From positions 1-30,676 of IMG/VR virus record IMGVR_UViG_3300025887_000103: a stretch of DNA of 30,676 nucleotides. One strand, given 5' to 3'. The DNA comes from a virus. Lineage: Duplodnaviria; Caudoviricetes. The notes under the pieces were generated by a model. It did no database searches. It was not told the DNA's origin and saw only the letters and a list, made by a program, of their open reading frames with translations. Shown in pieces: positions 25,951-30,676 of this stretch (positions within the stretch are counted from its first letter, which is position 1; each line of letters starts with the position of its first letter). The position numbers were made by a program, and so were the translations under genes.

Positions 25951-25979
25951 TTGTAAAAAAAATTTTTAGCCCATATTAT
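25951..25979 (+). promoter_or_regulatory. Sigma70-type promoter TTGTAA-17-TATTAT
   Basis: -35 at 25951-25956 and -10 at 25974-25979; the ATG is at 25988. Confidence 0.6.
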
Positions 25980-25987
25980 ACGTTTCC

Positions 25988-26392
25988 ATGTATAACTCAC
26001 ACAGCGCCACCACTACGGGACGGATAGGAGAGTTCTTCGTAATGTACCTGCTGGAGAAGCATGGTATACAGTGCCACCATGTAACTCGTTTCGGCGTAGA
26101 CCTGTGGTGCCAGTCTCACTTTGGTGACGTGTTTACAGTTGAAGTGAAATCCTCTAATAAGAATAAACGCGGCCGTTACGCGTATGATATCAAGGACGAT
26201 CGTATTGCTGACTTTTATGTGTTTGTAGCCTTAGAACTGGAAACCGTAATTGTCAAAGCCGCAGAAGAACTACCCTCCGCTGTAGGCCACCAGCTTGCCC
26301 CCCACCAGTTTACTGTGCAGGAGTTGGAAACCGGGGTACGGCGGTTAGGTAAGTTCAAGCGAGGGCGTAGGAAAACCCCAAAGAAAAAGTAG
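25988..26392 (+). CDS. Small PD-(D/E)XK endonuclease-like protein
   Basis: GRIGE...GVDL...VEVKS catalytic pattern and a basic C-terminal tail. Confidence 0.75.
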   Translation: MYNSHSATTTGRIGEFFVMYLLEKHGIQCHHVTRFGVDLWCQSHFGDVFTVEVKSSNKNKRGRYAYDIKDDRIADFYVFVALELETVIVKAAEELPSAVGHQLAPHQFTVQELETGVRRLGKFKRGRRKTPKKK

Positions 26393-26409
26393 TTTGTGCC
26401 CACTGCCTC

Positions 26410-26438
26410 TTGCGTACTACTTCTGTATAAGGTATAAA
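26410..26438 (+). promoter_or_regulatory. Sigma70-type promoter TTGCGT-17-TATAAA upstream of the packaging genes
   Basis: -35 at 26410-26415 and -10 at 26433-26438. Confidence 0.5.
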
Positions 26439-26470
26439 GCAGGCTCTGGTGAATAACCTGCGACGGCAAC

Positions 26471-27055
26471 ATGACGATTAAACTCGAACCTGAAGTTGGG
26501 GTTCCGCTATTTGATGACGATCCTGTGGTGGATTTAACTATTCGCACACAAGCAGCTAAAACTACGGCCTTAGAGCTAGCAGAACACGGGTTAGAACTTA
26601 AACCCAACAAGGAAGATGAAGACGTGGCAGCTAAAATTGCTATGGCCTATGCTGACGACCCCGAAAAAACGTCCAAGAAGGTAACTTCTAAGCGTCTATC
26701 TAGTCTTACGCCTGCTTCTTTAGTACTTACAGGTAACATATTGACGGAGTTTGGAGCCTCAGTAGTTGAGTCTGCAATATCCATACGGCATTTAGTTACT
26801 AATAAACTTATTATAGAGACTGAAAACCCCGACCCCCGCGTACGAATACGAGCGTTGGAGTTATTGGGTAAGATTTCAGACGTTGGGTTGTTTGCGGAGA
26901 AGTCGGAAGTGACGGTTACACACCAATCTACTGATGATCTAAAAGCTAAATTACGTCGTAAGTTAGAAAAGCTAGTAAATCCTGTTGAGGAGACTATCCT
27001 AGACGGAGATTTCATTGATTTAGACGCCGAGTTAGGGCTAAAGCCTAGTGAGTGA
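26471..27055 (+). CDS. Putative terminase small subunit
   Basis: Immediately upstream of and overlapping TerL; RIRALELLGK helical motif. Confidence 0.65.
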   Translation: MTIKLEPEVGVPLFDDDPVVDLTIRTQAAKTTALELAEHGLELKPNKEDEDVAAKIAMAYADDPEKTSKKVTSKRLSSLTPASLVLTGNILTEFGASVVESAISIRHLVTNKLIIETENPDPRVRIRALELLGKISDVGLFAEKSEVTVTHQSTDDLKAKLRRKLEKLVNPVEETILDGDFIDLDAELGLKPSE

Positions 27056-28601
27056 AGCCCAGCAGGACTTTACGCAGGAAGAAGTTCAGCACATGTTGTC
27101 TAATATAGACTCTTTTACCGACGACGAGGTATTGGAGATAGAGAAGCTAGTCGATGAACTAGCTAGTAGACGCCAGAATAAGCTCGCCTACGACGATTTA
27201 ATAGAATTTTGTAAGTTGATGCAGCCAGACTACTTAGTGGGTAAGCATCATCGCATCCTCGCTAACATGTTGATGGCAATTGAGCGCGGAGACAAGGATC
27301 GGGTGTGTGTAAACATCCCTCCTCGCCACGGTAAATCCCAATTAGTATCTATTTTCTTCCCCGCGTGGTACTTGGGGCGTAATCCAGACAAGAAAGTCAT
27401 GATGGTGTCGCATACCACTGACTTGGCGGTAGATTTCGGGCGTAAAGTACGTAATATTATCTCCAGTTCCGCCTACACAAGCATATTTCCTACTGTTGGC
27501 CTCGCTAAAGACTCTAAATCTGCGGGTCGCTGGAGCACAAACTCTGGGGGGGAGTACTATGCGTGTGGTGTTGGCTCTGCCCTAGCTGGTCGTGGTGCCC
27601 ATTTACTGCTGGTAGACGACCCTCATTCAGAGCAGGATGTCATTAATGGCAACTTTTCGGTCTTTGAGAAGGCTTATGAGTGGTTTACGTTCGGTGCTCG
27701 TACACGTCTAATGCCCGGAGGTAGTGTAGCTATTGTCCAAACTAGATGGCACATGGATGACCTTACAGGCCGTGTGGTCAAAGATATGTCCAATAACGAG
27801 CGATCTGACCAGTACGAGGTCATTGAATTTCCCGCCATACTAGACCTATACGCGCCTGATACAGGGGAACCTATACAAAAACCGCTATGGCCCGAGTTCT
27901 TTGACCTAGAAGCCCTGTTACGTACTAAAGCCTCTATGCCTGCGTTCCAGTGGAATGCCCAGTACCAGCAGGAGCCTACCGCAGAAGAAGCGGCTATTGT
28001 GAAGCGCGAGTGGTGGAACGAGTGGGAGAGGGAGACCCCGCCCAAGTGCGAGTACATAATAATGTCGCTGGACTCCGCAGCAGAAAAACACAACCGTGCT
28101 GACTATACGGCACTGACTACGTGGGGTGTGTTTCTAAATGAAGAGACTTCAGCGTATAATATAATACTGCTCAATAGTATAAAGGACAGACTAGAATTCC
28201 ATGAGCTAAAAGAACTAGCCCTGAGAGAGTACGAAGACTGGGAACCTGACTCGTTTATTGTGGAGAAGAAAAGCTCCGGTGTTGCGCTGTACCAAGAGAT
28301 GCGCAGGATGGGGCTACCCGTATCGGAGTATACCCCTCATAGAGGATCAGGGGATAAACTTGCACGCTTAAACTCAGTATCTGATATTGTACAGTCTGGA
28401 CTAGTATGGGTTCCTCAAACACGGTGGGCCGAAGAAGTAGTAGAAGAGATAGCCGGGTTCCCATTTATGAGTCATGACGACTTAGTGGACTCCACGGTTA
28501 TGGCACTTATGCGGTTTAGGCAAGGTGGATTCATACGGCTACCTACAGACGAAGCAGAAGAAATCAAATACTTTAAACATCGCAGCGGCGGGTTTTACTA
28601 A
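27048..28601 (+). CDS. terL: Terminase large subunit
   Basis: Walker A PPRHGKS, Walker B LLLVDDP, motif III QTRW; RNase H-like nuclease residues SLDSA, IVEKK and HDDLVDS. Confidence 0.95.
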   Translation: MSEAQQDFTQEEVQHMLSNIDSFTDDEVLEIEKLVDELASRRQNKLAYDDLIEFCKLMQPDYLVGKHHRILANMLMAIERGDKDRVCVNIPPRHGKSQLVSIFFPAWYLGRNPDKKVMMVSHTTDLAVDFGRKVRNIISSSAYTSIFPTVGLAKDSKSAGRWSTNSGGEYYACGVGSALAGRGAHLLLVDDPHSEQDVINGNFSVFEKAYEWFTFGARTRLMPGGSVAIVQTRWHMDDLTGRVVKDMSNNERSDQYEVIEFPAILDLYAPDTGEPIQKPLWPEFFDLEALLRTKASMPAFQWNAQYQQEPTAEEAAIVKREWWNEWERETPPKCEYIIMSLDSAAEKHNRADYTALTTWGVFLNEETSAYNIILLNSIKDRLEFHELKELALREYEDWEPDSFIVEKKSSGVALYQEMRRMGLPVSEYTPHRGSGDKLARLNSVSDIVQSGLVWVPQTRWAEEVVEEIAGFPFMSHDDLVDSTVMALMRFRQGGFIRLPTDEAEEIKYFKHRSGGFY

Positions 28602-28612
28602 GAGGTTAAACA

Positions 28613-30676
28613 ATGTCAATTGAAAAAGGGCTATACGCCGCTCCTGAAGGCGAAGACGACGATTTAATGGAAGGGTCAGAACTTGAAATTGAGATCGTAA
28701 ACCCAGATATGGTTACTCTCGATGACGGTAGCGTAGAGATTACCATTATTCCGGGCGGAGATGAAACTGATTTGTTGGGTTTTGACGCCAACTTAGCGGA
28801 AGCCTTAGACGAAGGTATGCTGACGGAATTAGCCACTGACCTTATTGGTATGGTTGAGGCCGACGAAGAGAGCCGCAAAGAGTGGGCTGATACTTACGTT
28901 AAGGGTCTTGAGATTCTAGGGTTTAAGCAAGAAGAGCGCAGTACTCCTTGGGAAGGTGCCTGTGGGGTTAACTCTACAGTATTGGCTGAAGCTGCCATAC
29001 GATTCCAAGCAGAGACTATGAGCGAGACGTTCCCCGCCTCTGGCCCAGTTAGGGTAAAAGTTCTGGGTAAGGAGACTAAAGAGAAGCTAGAAGCCGCAGA
29101 GCGGGTAAAGGCTGATATGAACTATCAACTTACCGAGACTATGGTTGAGTACCGCCCCGAACATGAGCGTATGTTGTACAGCTTAGGGCTTGCAGGATCA
29201 GCGTTCAAGAAAGTCTATTATGATCCTACTATAGATAGGCAGGTTGCCATCTACATCCCCGCCGAGGACGTTATCGTTCCTTACGGCGCGTCTAACATTG
29301 AGTCAGCAGAACGTGTTACACATGTTATGCGCAAGACTAAGAACGAAGTACGGAAGCTACAAGCAGCGGGATTCTATATTGATGTAGAGTTGGGTGAGCC
29401 TTCTCCGTTTCATACGGATATTGAAGAGAAGAAAGCCGAGGAAGGCGGGTACTCTATTACTGACGATGACCGCTATAGCATCTACGAAATTCATGCAGAC
29501 CTGCTCATTGAGGGTGTTGATGACGAAGACGATCTAGCAAAGCCCTACGTAGTTACTATTGAGCGTGGTACTTCAGAGATACTGTCCATACGCCGTAACT
29601 GGAACGAAGAAGACGAATTGATGTTGAAACGTCAACATTTTGTACACTACGTATACGTTCCCGGTTTTGGTTTCTACGGACTTGGATTGATCCACATTGT
29701 TGGTGGTTACGCCCGAGCAGGTACCTCACTTATACGTCAGTTGGTAGATGCTGGCACCCTGTCTAACTTACCGGGTGGTTTGAAGTCCCGTGGGTTACGT
29801 ATTAAGGGTGATGACTCTCCTATCTCGCCGGGCGAGTGGAAAGATGTGGACGTACCATCAGGAGTAATCCGCGACAATATTATGCCCCTTCCTTATAAGG
29901 AGCCAAGCCAGACACTCCTACAACTACTAAACCAGATTACCACTGAAGGCCGGCGTCTCGGGGCTATCAGTGATATGAACATCTCCGACATGTCTGCTAA
30001 TGCCCCAGTGGGCACTACACTGGCTTTGTTAGAGCGGACTCTTAAACCAATGGCAGCAGTGCAGGCCCGCGTTCATTATGCCATGAAGTTAGAGTTTAAG
30101 ATGCTAAAAGCTATCATGGCGGAAGAAGCCCCCACTGAGTACGAGTATCAGCCATTTAGGGGAGAAGTATCAGCCAGACAGTCGGATTACGCTCTTGTCG
30201 ATGTGATCCCTGTAAGTGACCCGAATAGTTCAACAATGGCGCAGCGAGTAGTGCAGTACCAAGCAGTGTTGCAGATGTCGCAACAAGCCCCGCAGATATA
30301 CAACCTACCCCAGCTACACCGCCAGATGATTGAAGTACTTGGCGTCAAGAACGCTGACAAGTTGGTGCCCACAGAAGACGACGCTAAACCAACTGATCCA
30401 GTTAGCGAGAATATGAACGTGCTAACAGGTACCCCAGTGAAAGCGTTCCTGATACAAGACCACGAGGCACACATTGTGACTCACCAGTCGTTCATGAAAG
30501 ACCCTATGATTGCTGGGGCTATTGGTCAGAATCCACAGGCACAGCAGATGATGGCCGCGCTCAATGCCCACATTGCTGAACACCTTGGGTTTAGATACCG
30601 CGCTCAGTTGCAGGAGAAACTTGGAGTCGAGCTACCACCACCTAATGCAGAGCTGCCAGAAGATATTGAAGTACAT
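28613..30676 (+). CDS. Portal protein (3'-truncated; absent from the ORF track because there is no stop in the window)
   Basis: GAGG RBS then ATG at 28613 (MSIEKGLYAAPEG...PWEGACGV..VLAEAAIRFQAE..FPASGPV..GSAFKKVYYD); reads open to the window end; directly follows TerL. Confidence 0.88.
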   Translation, partial: MSIEKGLYAAPEGEDDDLMEGSELEIEIVNPDMVTLDDGSVEITIIPGGDETDLLGFDANLAEALDEGMLTELATDLIGMVEADEESRKEWADTYVKGLEILGFKQEERSTPWEGACGVNSTVLAEAAIRFQAETMSETFPASGPVRVKVLGKETKEKLEAAERVKADMNYQLTETMVEYRPEHERMLYSLGLAGSAFKKVYYDPTIDRQVAIYIPAEDVIVPYGASNIESAERVTHVMRKTKNEVRKLQAAGFYIDVELGEPSPFHTDIEEKKAEEGGYSITDDDRYSIYEIHADLLIEGVDDEDDLAKPYVVTIERGTSEILSIRRNWNEEDELMLKRQHFVHYVYVPGFGFYGLGLIHIVGGYARAGTSLIRQLVDAGTLSNLPGGLKSRGLRIKGDDSPISPGEWKDVDVPSGVIRDNIMPLPYKEPSQTLLQLLNQITTEGRRLGAISDMNISDMSANAPVGTTLALLERTLKPMAAVQARVHYAMKLEFKMLKAIMAEEAPTEYEYQPFRGEVSARQSDYALVDVIPVSDPNSSTMAQRVVQYQAVLQMSQQAPQIYNLPQLHRQMIEVLGVKNADKLVPTEDDAKPTDPVSENMNVLTGTPVKAFLIQDHEAHIVTHQSFMKDPMIAGAIGQNPQAQQMMAALNAHIAEHLGFRYRAQLQEKLGVELPPPNAELPEDIEVH

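Overview
This window is a 30.7-kb segment of a dsDNA tailed bacteriophage (Caudoviricetes, podovirus-like gene set). No host genes, integrase, rRNA or tRNA are recognisable. On the + strand the late/structural genes sit at both ends: a >2180-aa virion-associated protein at 14-6580, and a nuclease, putative TerS, TerL and a truncated portal at 25988-30676. This suggests the late operon wraps around outside the window. The - strand carries one long early/replication arm. Its early part has a first gene plus a small membrane ORF, a Cys-rich protein, a DUF3150-like protein, a MoxR-type AAA ATPase, a metallopeptidase-vWA protein and small ORFs. Its replication part has VRR-NUC, DUF3310, a family A DNA polymerase (Leu762 type), a Cas4-like PD-(D/E)XK nuclease, an HNH-like protein, an SNF2 helicase, an HTH protein, two SSB-like proteins and an AEP-DUF927 primase-helicase. 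The most unusual material is non-coding. (1) A ~0.8-kb control region (24060-24900) holds a perfect sigma70 promoter, a phased TTGGAACAATA/TGTTCC iteron-like field around an AT-rich core, and three identical 32-bp repeats with unique short spacers. (2) Five copies of the double palindrome GTTATAAC-G(T/C)-GTTATAAC occur, three of them just upstream of consecutive early genes. (3) Switch-like structured leaders precede the SNF2 helicase and primase-helicase. (4) One gene is flanked by an exact 17-bp direct repeat and could be excised cleanly. Family assignments come from motif recognition only; no database searches were run.
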